From: a virus
Lineage: Duplodnaviria > Caudoviricetes
Strand: one strand, 5' to 3'
IMG/VR virus record: IMGVR_UViG_2895060867_000001
Span: 776-64,775 of that record
DNA: 64,000 nucleotides
In this document: in pieces, positions 37,988-46,831 of the stretch
Position numbering within the stretch: position 1 is the stretch's first letter
How the letters are laid out: each line of letters opens with the position of its first letter
The notes under the pieces: generated by a model
Told to the model about the DNA's origin: nothing
The model's input: only the letters and a program-made list of their open reading frames with translations
Database searches by the model: none
Program-made: the position numbers and the translations under genes

Positions 37988-38866
37988 ATGAAAAAGATCA
38001 CATCTCAGAATGGCAGCGAAGCCAAGGCAGAAGCAGCCGCGCCCGTGAATGGCGGCGAGTTCCGTAAGCGGGTGTGCGCCGCCCTCATGATTCCTGAATC
38101 GTTGGATGACGAAGCCGTCATAACGACCGTCGAGTTGACGGATTACGAGTTTCGTCGCCTGTTTGCCGAAAGCGTGAATGGCGGCGAGCGCGATCTAGCG
38201 CAAGTGATCGACGAGCGCGACCGTACAGAAGCCATGGCCGACAAGCTGGCCATCGCCATCGGCGAATACTTTGGCATTGAAATCGGTGAGCACAGCAGCA
38301 TCAACAGCCCATGGCAATGCGCGCTTGATTTCATCACGACGGCCGAACGCGCCGCAGATGCGCCGCAGGTGGCCGGCGCACTCTGCGCCAAGTGCGACGG
38401 AATCGGCTGGAGCAAGGGCGGGAAGTGCCAGGCGGACAAATTCGCATGTGTCGCATGCGGCGGTTCAGGTCGCGCCGCCCTTGCTTCACATGCTCACGTC
38501 GGCAGCGACCTCGTCTGGGCAATCCTGACCGAAGTGCGCGAAGCTCTCCGCGTTCCTCTCGATACGCCAGCAAGCGACGTCCATACACGCACGCTCGAAG
38601 CGGTTCGCGCCCTCACGTCTCCCGCGAAGGTGGGCGGGGATGAACTGAGACTACCTGATGCAATGCCCGCCGCCTACCTATCGACCGAACCGAACAAGTG
38701 GGATCGATGCACCATCAGAAAGAAAGGCACCTTCACGGTTCCGGTGTACACGGCACAACAAGTGCAAGACGCGTTTGACGTTGGCCGCCGCGCCACGCTG
38801 TCGGCGGATGGCGGGGATCGCAAGGATGCGGAGCATGGCAGCGGGCGAGCGAATCAGCGTTGCTGA
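37988..38866 (+). CDS. Mosaic multi-module early phage protein
   Basis: Modules separated by VNGGE-type linkers; CAKC..CVAC Zn motif. Confidence 0.65.
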   Translation: MKKITSQNGSEAKAEAAAPVNGGEFRKRVCAALMIPESLDDEAVITTVELTDYEFRRLFAESVNGGERDLAQVIDERDRTEAMADKLAIAIGEYFGIEIGEHSSINSPWQCALDFITTAERAADAPQVAGALCAKCDGIGWSKGGKCQADKFACVACGGSGRAALASHAHVGSDLVWAILTEVREALRVPLDTPASDVHTRTLEAVRALTSPAKVGGDELRLPDAMPAAYLSTEPNKWDRCTIRKKGTFTVPVYTAQQVQDAFDVGRRATLSADGGDRKDAEHGSGRANQRC

Positions 38867-39468
38867 GAACTAAGGAGTTCAATCTGCTCCAAGCTTCGCA
38901 AGACATCAGCTCTAAGTGCGATGAGCTCTTGCATACAATCGTTGATGGCATATCGAATCATTGACTTGTTGCCCGAGTGGATTCGCATTTTCTTGTACGC
39001 CTCGATAGCAGACAACAGCCGTGTTGCAACGTCTCGAATTCCGCCGGGAACGCCTACTGTTTCATCGCTATCGTCATCACCTTCAATGCCGTTCGCAATT
39101 TCGACGAATTCGCGGATCTGATTGCTCTCGAAGTCAAACGACTGCGGCACATTGTAGAGTTCAGGCGTGAAACCTGATTTCTCCATTAGATTTTCACAGA
39201 ATCGCACAAACCCATCGATTGTTCGAAGCGAACGGTTCAAAAGCCCAATCCGGTTTCTCTGCTCTTTGGCTCGCTGTTCACGTGCAGCATGCTCTCTCTG
39301 AGACCAAGGCAAATACAACGCCAACGCAATACCAGCGATTGCTCCCACTGCTTGCATCCAACTGGCCCACTCACCACTGTTGGTCGGCGGGAACTTCCAG
39401 ATGGCCGCAGCAAAAACTCCCAACGCCACACTTGCCGCAAAGCTCACGGCATATCCCCGAGTTCTCAT
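38854..39468 (-). CDS. Antisense membrane-anchored moron protein
   Basis: Two TMs (WASWMQAVGAIAGIALALYLP) plus a helical domain; lower GC. Confidence 0.7.
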   Translation of the reverse strand: MRTRGYAVSFAASVALGVFAAAIWKFPPTNSGEWASWMQAVGAIAGIALALYLPWSQREHAAREQRAKEQRNRIGLLNRSLRTIDGFVRFCENLMEKSGFTPELYNVPQSFDFESNQIREFVEIANGIEGDDDSDETVGVPGGIRDVATRLLSAIEAYKKMRIHSGNKSMIRYAINDCMQELIALRADVLRSLEQIELLSSQQR

Positions 39469-39501
39469 CTTTTCAACCTCATTATTTGCTCGGACTCTAA
39501 C

Positions 39502-41184
39502 ATGATTCGCGATCAGTTCCTTCTCGACATTTCCGACGAGTTGATCATCGACAACTTCGCGGGCGGCGGCGGTGCAAGCTGCGGCATCGAGCTTGCACTC
39601 GGGCGCCACGTCGACCACGCAATCAACCATGATCCCGAGGCCGTCGCGATGCACGCGATGAACCACCCGCAGACTGAGCATCACTGCGAATCGGTGTGGG
39701 ACGTCGACCCGCTCGCGCTGACCCAGGGTCGACCGGTGGGCCTCGCGTGGTTCTCGCCCGACTGCAAGCATTTCAGTAAGGCCAAAGGTGGCAAGCCCCG
39801 CGACAAGAAGATCCGAGGCTTGGCATGGGTTGCGATGCGCTGGGCGGCTCTCGTGCGCCCGCGCGTCATCATGCTGGAGAACGTCGAAGAATTCCGCACG
39901 TGGGGACCGGTGCTTGCCGATGGATCACCGTGCCCGCGCCGCAAGGGCGACACCTTCCGCTCATTCGTGCGCCAGCTCGAAGCCATGGGCTACCGCGTCG
40001 AACATCGCGAGCTGCGCGCGTGCGACTATGGCGCGCCCACGATCCGCAAACGCCTGTTCCTAATCGCCCGCTGCGACGGCAAGCCTGTCGTGTGGCCCGA
40101 GCCTACCCATGGCGCTCCGGATAGCGCGGCGGTGCTCAACAGTCTGCGCAAACCGTGGCGCACGGCGGCCGAGTGCATCGACTGGTCAATCCCCTGCCCG
40201 TCCATCTTTGAGCGCACCAAGCCGCTCGCGGACGCCACGCAGCGACGCATTGCGCGCGGCATCCGCCGCTATGTCATCGACGCAGCCGATCCGTTCATCG
40301 TGAAGGTGAATCACGGAGACGACTACTTCCGTGGGCAGCCGCTAGGCGAGCCACTTCAGACCATCACGGCAAAGCATGGGTATGGAATCGTCGCGCCGGT
40401 GCTCACCGAGTGCGCCAACGCGTCGACGCAACGCTCGTGGCCGGCAAATGAGCCGCTGCGTACCCAGTGCGCCGAGGTGAAGGGAGGACACTTCGCCCTT
40501 GCGTCGGCCACGCTCGTGCAGACGGGCTACGGCGAACGCCCCGGCCAAGCGCCGCGCGCACCGGGCCTAGATAAGCCGCTCGGTACCGTAGTCGCCGGCG
40601 GCGCGAAGCACGCGCTCGTATCGGCGTTCCTCGCCAAGCATTACGGCGGTAACTACGACGGCCCCGGCGTGGCCCTGGCCGATCCTGCCAGCACGATCAC
40701 AACCACCGATCATCACGCGCTCGTGTCATCGCACCTGGTCAAGTTGCGCAACAACCAGTTCGGCCAGGACGCGCGCGATCCAATGCCGACACTCACAGCC
40801 GGTGGCGGCCATGTGGGCGCGGTGCGCGCGTTCCTCGTGAAGTACTACAGCAAAGGCGGCCAAGATCAAAGCTGTCGCGATCCGATGCACACCATCCCGA
40901 CCAAGGACCGTCTGGGCCTTGTGACGGTGGCCGGCGAGCGGTATCAAATCGCCGACATCGGCATGCGCATGCTCGAACCGCACGAGTTGTACGCGGCGCA
41001 GGGTTTCCCGGCCACCTACGTCATTGCGCCGGTGTTCAACGGTAAGCGACTGGCGAAGCATGCACAGGTGCGGATGTGCGGAAACAGCGTCAGCCCGCCG
41101 ATGGCGGCAACGCTGGTGCGCGCGAACGTCCCGGAGCTGGCCGTCTGGACGACGAAAGAGCGACGTGCCGGGATTGCCGCATGA
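39502..41184 (+). CDS. Orphan C5 cytosine DNA methyltransferase
   Basis: DNFAGGGG, FSPDCKHFS, MLENV, RKRLF, MCGNSV motifs. Confidence 0.92.
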   Translation: MIRDQFLLDISDELIIDNFAGGGGASCGIELALGRHVDHAINHDPEAVAMHAMNHPQTEHHCESVWDVDPLALTQGRPVGLAWFSPDCKHFSKAKGGKPRDKKIRGLAWVAMRWAALVRPRVIMLENVEEFRTWGPVLADGSPCPRRKGDTFRSFVRQLEAMGYRVEHRELRACDYGAPTIRKRLFLIARCDGKPVVWPEPTHGAPDSAAVLNSLRKPWRTAAECIDWSIPCPSIFERTKPLADATQRRIARGIRRYVIDAADPFIVKVNHGDDYFRGQPLGEPLQTITAKHGYGIVAPVLTECANASTQRSWPANEPLRTQCAEVKGGHFALASATLVQTGYGERPGQAPRAPGLDKPLGTVVAGGAKHALVSAFLAKHYGGNYDGPGVALADPASTITTTDHHALVSSHLVKLRNNQFGQDARDPMPTLTAGGGHVGAVRAFLVKYYSKGGQDQSCRDPMHTIPTKDRLGLVTVAGERYQIADIGMRMLEPHELYAAQGFPATYVIAPVFNGKRLAKHAQVRMCGNSVSPPMAATLVRANVPELAVWTTKERRAGIAA

Positions 41185-41215
41185 CCACCCACCCGGCCAC
41201 GGCCGAACTGTCCGC

Positions 41216-41455
41216 TCATCGGATTTCGCGAAAGACGGTCTGGATTTCTGGTCGAAAGGCCTGCGCGGGCGGGCAAAGCTCGTTCTCGATGAAACGACGG
41301 CCATCTGCCGTCGCTTCTTCCTTTGTGAAGAACGCGCGCCCCTCAACCTCCGGGCCGAACCCACGAAGCATGCCGTCCAAAGCACGCACTGACCAGATGA
41401 AGTATCCCGCAGCAATGTTCGCGGAGATCGTAAGAACGTATGTCGATGGAATCAT
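41216..41455 (-). CDS. Small antisense hypothetical protein
   Basis: 79-aa ORF; competing plus-strand ORFs look like shadows. Confidence 0.4.
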   Translation of the reverse strand: MIPSTYVLTISANIAAGYFIWSVRALDGMLRGFGPEVEGRAFFTKEEATADGRRFIENELCPPAQAFRPEIQTVFREIR

Positions 41456-41518
41456 CAGTATGCGCCCTCAGAGGGAAATATTGCTTTCTAGGTATTACCC
41501 GAATTCGCTTCGAATATA

Positions 41519-41752
41519 TCAGCAACCGACCAGCCGATGATCGATCGCCAACTGAACCTCCTCGATCAGCGCCGCCTGGATGACATCCAGTTCCTCGACC
41601 TTCGCCAGCTTGAGCTTTCTGGCGCCAAAAGGCTCGATAAGCTCGACGCCGTCAAAGGGTGTCACCTCGATGGTGACGTCCCACAGGGTTGCGCGCTCGC
41701 CGATCTGAATGTCGACGGTGCATCCGCGATACACGAAGTTGAGGGAGGGCAT
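41519..41752 (-). CDS. Small antisense hypothetical protein
   Basis: MPSLNFVYRGCTVDIQI; protein-like composition. Confidence 0.55.
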   Translation of the reverse strand: MPSLNFVYRGCTVDIQIGERATLWDVTIEVTPFDGVELIEPFGARKLKLAKVEELDVIQAALIEEVQLAIDHRLVGC

Positions 41753-41959
41753 GGTGTGGGCGGCTTCCAAGAGTGGCCGAGCAACCATGATAGTACGAAC
41801 GAAATTCTGCGGGTCACCGCGAGAGATTGGGGAATCTAGGAATAGCGCCGCCGACGACGCACGACCTAGCGAAGACTGGATAGCGGGGACGCCCTTGTTC
41901 GCGCGTCCCCGTTTGCATTTTGAAGCGCGGGTGACCGCGATCGATGATGGAGTTAAGAC

Positions 41960-42202
41960 ATGGCAGCCGTACTGGAACAGCCATTGGAACTGACTGGCGA
42001 AGAAATCGCGCGAATCACCGGCTACCGCCGCGCGGCAAAGCAGATCGACGTTCTGGCGTCACTCGGCATCCCGGCACGCCGCCGCCCCGATAATTCAGTG
42101 CTGGTGCTTCGCATGCACTGCCTCTACCCGATGGGCGCTCCCCTGACGCCTACCCCCCCGGCAAACGAGCCTCAACTGCAACCGATAAGGCGCGCAAAAT
42201 GA
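41960..42202 (+). CDS. Excisionase-like protein (DUF4224-like)
   Basis: LTGEEIARITGYRRAAKQIDVLASLGIP directly upstream of the integrase. Confidence 0.8.
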   Translation: MAAVLEQPLELTGEEIARITGYRRAAKQIDVLASLGIPARRRPDNSVLVLRMHCLYPMGAPLTPTPPANEPQLQPIRRAK

Positions 42203-43308
42203 ACCGTCGTAGGAAGACTTCGCGCGGACTGCCCCGCCGCGTGCTGCTTAATCACGGTGCTTACTATTTTTTCGCGCCTCAACCGACGCGCAACCCGTGG
42301 ACCGGCAAGGTGCAGCGATGGATAAGGCTTTGCGCAGAGTCCGACGGCGAGTCGGTAATGCTCACGAAGCTAGGCGAGCTGCTGGGCGAGCAGAAGTTGA
42401 TCACGGGCACGATGCCTTACCTGTGTGCCGAGTGGAAGGCGAACAAGCTGGGTAGATACTCTGCCGAGGTGCAGAAGGACTATGGTCGCATGGCCGACAC
42501 AGTCAGTGCCGCCTTCTCCGCGTTCACCGTCGCGCAGGTGAAGACCAAGACCTGCGCTGACTTTCTTCGGGCGAACTTCGCCGACAAACCCAACACCGCC
42601 CAGAAGTACGCCAACGTACTTCGCAAGATGTTCCGCTATGCGATCAGCGAGATGGGGCTTCGAGATGACAATCCGTGCGATCAGTTGGACCTATCCGACT
42701 ACGAGACCAAACGGCGCGAGAAGCTGCCAACGCACGAGCAGTTTGGCGCCATCCGTACTGCTGCCCTCATGGGTGACGACGGACTACCAACTGAGTCAGG
42801 CCCGACGTTTCAATGCATCATGGACATGGCCTACCTGTGCTGGCAGCGCGGCGTCGACATTAGAACGCTCAAGGAAAGCCAGATCGACGACACCGCTGGG
42901 GTGATTCGCTTCAAGCCGTCAAAAACGGCGAAAACGAGTGGCAAGGTGCTTGACATCGCGATGACTCCCGCGATTCAGCGCGTCATTGACCGTGCGAGGG
43001 CCATCAAGCGGACAAGGAAGATGATCAGCCCATACCTTTTTCCAACGCGCGACAAGACGCCTTACACGAAATCGGGCCTGAACTCGGCATGGGTTCGCGC
43101 TCGCACACGCGCGAAGATCGTTGATGACATCCTATTCCGGGACCTTCGAGCCTTGGGGGCGACCGACGCGGCGAAGGCCGGGAGCCAGCGGACAGAGATT
43201 CAACGCCGTCTCGCCCACACCAGCGGGAAGACAAGTGAAATTTACATCAAAGAGGCGATACCGGAGACATCCCGAATGGACGTCAAATTGCCCTGGGAAT
43301 CCGCCTAA
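42199..43308 (+). CDS. int: Tyrosine integrase
   Basis: WQRGVDI (Arg), KTAKT, FRDLRA, LAHTS..EIY; adjacent to the att site. Confidence 0.92.
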   Translation: MNRRRKTSRGLPRRVLLNHGAYYFFAPQPTRNPWTGKVQRWIRLCAESDGESVMLTKLGELLGEQKLITGTMPYLCAEWKANKLGRYSAEVQKDYGRMADTVSAAFSAFTVAQVKTKTCADFLRANFADKPNTAQKYANVLRKMFRYAISEMGLRDDNPCDQLDLSDYETKRREKLPTHEQFGAIRTAALMGDDGLPTESGPTFQCIMDMAYLCWQRGVDIRTLKESQIDDTAGVIRFKPSKTAKTSGKVLDIAMTPAIQRVIDRARAIKRTRKMISPYLFPTRDKTPYTKSGLNSAWVRARTRAKIVDDILFRDLRALGATDAAKAGSQRTEIQRRLAHTSGKTSEIYIKEAIPETSRMDVKLPWESA

Positions 43309-43424
43309 TACATGTCTGGAAGGCTATACGACACGGGCCTTTTCGGCGCGCAAAAACTGAGCAAGTTTTAGGCGGTTCTCACGCAAACCCAAGGGACATG
43401 GGGTTTTCCGGCGAGTGCGGCCCC

Positions 43425-43471
<47 letters not shown>

Positions 43472-43477
43472 GAATTG

Positions 43478-43513
43478 AAAAACCCGCACAGTCTTTGGCT
43501 GTGCGGGTTTTTT
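43478..43513 (+). terminator. tRNA-Pro terminator
   Basis: AAAAACCCGCACAG / CTGTGCGGGTTTTT. Confidence 0.85.
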
Positions 43514-43519
43514 CGTTTG
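43494..43519 (+). repeat. 26-bp direct repeat, left copy
   Basis: TTTGGCTGTGCGGGTTTTTTCGTTTG, identical to 62723..62748. Confidence 0.9.
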
Positions 43520-43583
43520 GGTTAGCTCGTTGATTCGTACAGCTCAATACTAGACGATTGCCAAACAAGCGCGACTATCGCCG

Positions 43584-43885
43584 TGTCTGAAAGATGGGCC
43601 GCCGCCGAATCGCCTTGGCGTCAAAGCACTGGTCTTCGACGTTTATGGCACATGCACCGACTATTGGTCGACGATTCTGGACAACGGCAAGACATTCAAT
43701 CGCGTGAACGGTGTGGATGTCGACTGGGCGTCAGTCGCCAAGGCGTGGTACGGCCTGTACCCCGACACGTTCCGCGAGGTCGTTTCCGGGGCACATCCGT
43801 GGCAAAGTCCGTCGCTGCTGCGAGAAGAGGCGCTTGCGCGCGTGTTGCAGCGTCAGGGCTATTCGCTCGAACCGCGTCAGACCGC
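43584..43885 (+). pseudogene. Fragment of a haloacid dehalogenase type II-like gene
   Basis: Frame reads GVKALVFDVYGTCTDYWSTI..WASVAKAW; no start codon after the in-frame TAG at 43551; similarity ends at a hairpin near 43885. Confidence 0.7.
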
Positions 43886-43932
43886 CCCCTGCCCCCTTCG
43901 CCGTACGAAAGCGAGGGGGCAAGCACAACGCT

Positions 43933-45033
43933 TTAGACCGTGTAGTCCTGCACGTAGACTGTGAACGTCGGCGTACCGACGAAGCTACGGCTGGCAAAGT
44001 AGAGCGTCTGCGGCGTCACGAAGGGCAGTTCGTCATACACCACATGTCCGAATCCCGGCGTCACACAGGTGTTCGAACTCTGTGCCACGCCGAGCTGCGA
44101 CGCCGCCGACGCCACGAACAAAGACATGTTCGCGTTAGCCACCGTATTGACGATACCGAGACCCAGCGTCGACTTCTTCGCATTGCGAGGCACGGCCGAC
44201 GCCACGCTGAACGCGGCGAAGGTCTCGCTGACGGTGGACGTGTTGAAGATAGCCCCCGGGACCACCGTCACGCGCCGGTCGACCAATTGGCAAACCGCGA
44301 ACTTTGACGAGGCGACCGGCAACACGCCAACGAGCGCCGATGCGGTGTAGCCCTGTGGCATGTTCGAGCCACCGTACACCTCAGGCACAGTCGCCGACGT
44401 CGCATCAACGCCGAGCAGCGCCACGTTCTTCGTGGTCGGGTTGAAGATGGCATATACGCCAACGAAGCCCGTCACCGGCGGGCTGCCCGCATCCATGCCA
44501 CCGGCGCCAGTCGACGTCAGATTGATAGCTGCACTGACGTTCGCCAAGGCATATCGTGCCGAGCTACCGAGCGCGGCTTCCACGATCAGTTCCGTCGCAG
44601 TGAAAGTCGCCGTTGCCGAAGCGGTGGTAACCGACAAGCTCGCATTGCGAGACTGGCCGACAACGCCCACCGAATTGCTCAGCGGCGCGAACATTGCGTT
44701 TGCCTGGCCGAGTTGGATCGCGTGCTGGCTCTGCGTGGCCTGCGCGACCTGCTGCGCGCCCCCCGTGCAATCGAGCAGAACCCAACACAGGTTCCCCGAG
44801 TTCAGCAGCGCTCCAATATAGGACACGAGCGTCACGTTGCCGCCAGCGATGATTTCGTTGCCCTGAAGCGGCTGACCGCCCAGGCCATAAATTGGCGATA
44901 CCTCGAGGCCATCCGGCGAATAAGTGGCGTCGCCAGTATTGGTGGCAGTTGCCGGGAAACGCTGGAAGATGCCGCTGAGCGTCGGGAGCGCTGCCATCGG
45001 CAGTTGATTGGAAGCTACATAAGCCGTCGTCAT
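43933..45033 (-). CDS. Second, orphan tail-fibre-like protein
   Basis: C-terminal about 240 aa homologous to 47446..48453; different N-terminus; own AGGAAAG RBS. Confidence 0.8.
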   Translation of the reverse strand: MTTAYVASNQLPMAALPTLSGIFQRFPATATNTGDATYSPDGLEVSPIYGLGGQPLQGNEIIAGGNVTLVSYIGALLNSGNLCWVLLDCTGGAQQVAQATQSQHAIQLGQANAMFAPLSNSVGVVGQSRNASLSVTTASATATFTATELIVEAALGSSARYALANVSAAINLTSTGAGGMDAGSPPVTGFVGVYAIFNPTTKNVALLGVDATSATVPEVYGGSNMPQGYTASALVGVLPVASSKFAVCQLVDRRVTVVPGAIFNTSTVSETFAAFSVASAVPRNAKKSTLGLGIVNTVANANMSLFVASAASQLGVAQSSNTCVTPGFGHVVYDELPFVTPQTLYFASRSFVGTPTFTVYVQDYTV

Positions 45034-45171
45034 ATTCTTTCCTAATTTAGTAGTACTTACAAAATAAAACCGACCAGGGTGTCGGTTACCTTAAGTTCCG
45101 GGACCACGACGAAGATTTCGCCAGTGCCGCGCTAGCACTTTTGGACTGACAACTTACGTCGCGCCGGTATA

Positions 45172-45187
45172 CTGTTTTTTTATACAG
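45172..45187. promoter_or_regulatory. LexA (SOS) box
   Basis: TA-CTGT-TTTTTTAT-ACAG-CA. Confidence 0.85.
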
Positions 45188-45239
45188 CATTTATCAAACA
45201 CATCTCGGAATCAATCAAGCCATGCGAAATCGATCTGAC

Positions 45240-45479
45240 ATGAAATTCATCGTCGTCCCTTTCCGTAAAGGGCCGGACGGTAATTTGCTGCCCGCCGAAG
45301 TCCGATCAGCCGGTACCGACGTCGGGGCGGTTCGTGTAGCGCACTCGATGCGCGAGAGGCACGCTGGAGTTGCCGCCTACGAAGTTCTATTCGATCCCGA
45401 AACGGGCGCGATGTACGCGCCCAAGGTCCTCTTTCAGCACGGCCGCGTACCAGCGCTCGACGAGCATGCGACGGCTTAG
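45240..45479 (+). CDS. Small hypothetical protein, probably SOS-regulated
   Basis: MKFIVVPFRKGPDGNLLP..DPETG..VLFQHGRVP downstream of a LexA box. Confidence 0.7.
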   Translation: MKFIVVPFRKGPDGNLLPAEVRSAGTDVGAVRVAHSMRERHAGVAAYEVLFDPETGAMYAPKVLFQHGRVPALDEHATA

Positions 45480-45606
45480 CAGACACGGAAATCTGCACCG
45501 GTGAACTGCGATTTATCTCAGATGACCGTGAGTTCGAGGCTCGCTATTCTGGCAACACGTCGAAAGCATCTTTCCTCAAGCACTCACTGAAATCCGGAGA
45601 TTGATC

Positions 45607-45729
45607 ATGCCCCTCGCAGCCCTCACTTATCTTGGTGCAAAGTGCGCCGTCGGTGCCGGTGCCCTCGTCGGCGTACTCAAAGTGAACTCGATGGTTTTTG
45701 ACTACGCGCTTTCATTGATCGGCGGCTGA
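45607..45729 (+). CDS. 40-aa hydrophobic peptide
   Basis: MPLAALTYLGAKCAVGAGALVGVLKVNSMVFDYALSLIGG with GGAG RBS. Confidence 0.45.
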   Translation: MPLAALTYLGAKCAVGAGALVGVLKVNSMVFDYALSLIGG

Positions 45730-45802
45730 GTGTCCAGTTGAGTACTCAAAACCACGCACTAAAAAGATAACAACAACTATCTTTTTAGTTGTTTTGATCA
45801 CT

Positions 45803-46288
45803 TTAATTATCTTTTTTCGTCAACGCATCGTAGCTCCGCTCACAGGCAAGTCCTGCGATGTGGGCATCGTCAGCGAATTTAGCGAGCGCTCCCGCAGCTT
45901 CGTCAGTCCGATTGAGCAGCCCTGAGAGCATATCGAGGGGATCTTCTCCTCCATCGGTTGGCGCGCTTCCGCTGGCAGCGGAGGAACGTCGTGCGGCAAC
46001 GACGTACTGGCCGAGTTGCTTGCGCAGCCCGTCAGCGACGAGATCAGAAGTACGAGCGGCAGCATTCGCGGCATCGGCAGATCTTTTTGCATCGATCGAT
46101 ATCCCAGCCAGCGTTTGCGTCGTCTGGCGATAGAGGTTGTTGGCAGCGGTGAGGTCGCCGATCCGCTTGGCTTGCAAAGCAACCGTTGCCGACTGACCGG
46201 CGTCATGGCGCCCCTTCCAATAGCCACCGCCAGCAGCCAGCACGATGGCGAGCAATAGCCCGCCCCACAGGCGAGGATCGAACCACAT
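45803..46288 (-). CDS. Rz-like spanin
   Basis: Close homolog of 1102..1608. Confidence 0.85.
   Translation of the reverse strand: MWFDPRLWGGLLLAIVLAAGGGYWKGRHDAGQSATVALQAKRIGDLTAANNLYRQTTQTLAGISIDAKRSADAANAAARTSDLVADGLRKQLGQYVVAARRSSAASGSAPTDGGEDPLDMLSGLLNRTDEAAGALAKFADDAHIAGLACERSYDALTKKDN
45820..46092 (-). CDS. Rz1-like lipoprotein spanin (embedded)
   Basis: ISSLTG-C lipobox; homolog of 1137..1409, same 90-aa length. Confidence 0.8.
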   Translation of the reverse strand: MQKDLPMPRMLPLVLLISSLTGCASNSASTSLPHDVPPLPAEARQPMEEKIPSICSQGCSIGLTKLRERSLNSLTMPTSQDLPVSGATMR

Positions 46289-46764
46289 CACATTGAACCT
46301 CCGGCCTTCACATACTGTTGAAGCAACGGCGCGAGCGCGTGCTCCATCTGACCGTAACCCGCGCCGGGCAAACTGGCCCAGATGTTTCTGCACTTCGAAA
46401 TCGCCGACTCGATCCTTCCCGCCATGATGTCGGGCAGCGCACCGCGCTCGCAAATCTGCTGTATCGCGATCTTGTCCTGACTCACGGGCGAGAAATCCGG
46501 CAGGCCCAATTGCCGCTTGTACACGTCGTAATAGCGCGAGAGCAACTGATACCGCCCAGCCGCCGTCGACCACACATTGAAGCGCGAGATCCACACCGAT
46601 TTCCTCGGATGGTCCGCGTAGCTGGTGAACGTCCCACCGCCGACGATCACGTTGTAGCCGTCGTCCGAACCTGCGATGCGTGATGTGAATTCGGACCACG
46701 CCAGCATGTCGAGGAACGCGCACACGTTCTGATCACTTGCCATGACCAAGTCAATCCGAGCCAT
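46288..46764 (-). CDS. Lambda R-type endolysin
   Basis: About 141/158 aa identical (manual count) to 1605..2081. Confidence 0.95.
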   Translation of the reverse strand: MARIDLVMASDQNVCAFLDMLAWSEFTSRIAGSDDGYNVIVGGGTFTSYADHPRKSVWISRFNVWSTAAGRYQLLSRYYDVYKRQLGLPDFSPVSQDKIAIQQICERGALPDIMAGRIESAISKCRNIWASLPGAGYGQMEHALAPLLQQYVKAGGSM

Positions 46765-46831
46765 GTCCCCTCCCCTTGTTCAAGCGCGACGCCGGTCTGC
46801 CCAACGAGTATGAGAACTTCATGACCATCGC

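Noticed and set aside
39502-41184. Unusual methyltransferase (SPDC catalytic motif) as part of a restriction-modification system
   Set aside because: The variant is typical of orphan phage C5 methylases, and no cognate nuclease is adjacent
41076-41540. Plus-strand ORF after the methyltransferase
   Set aside because: Low-complexity, Arg/Ser-rich translation overlapping more plausible minus-strand ORFs
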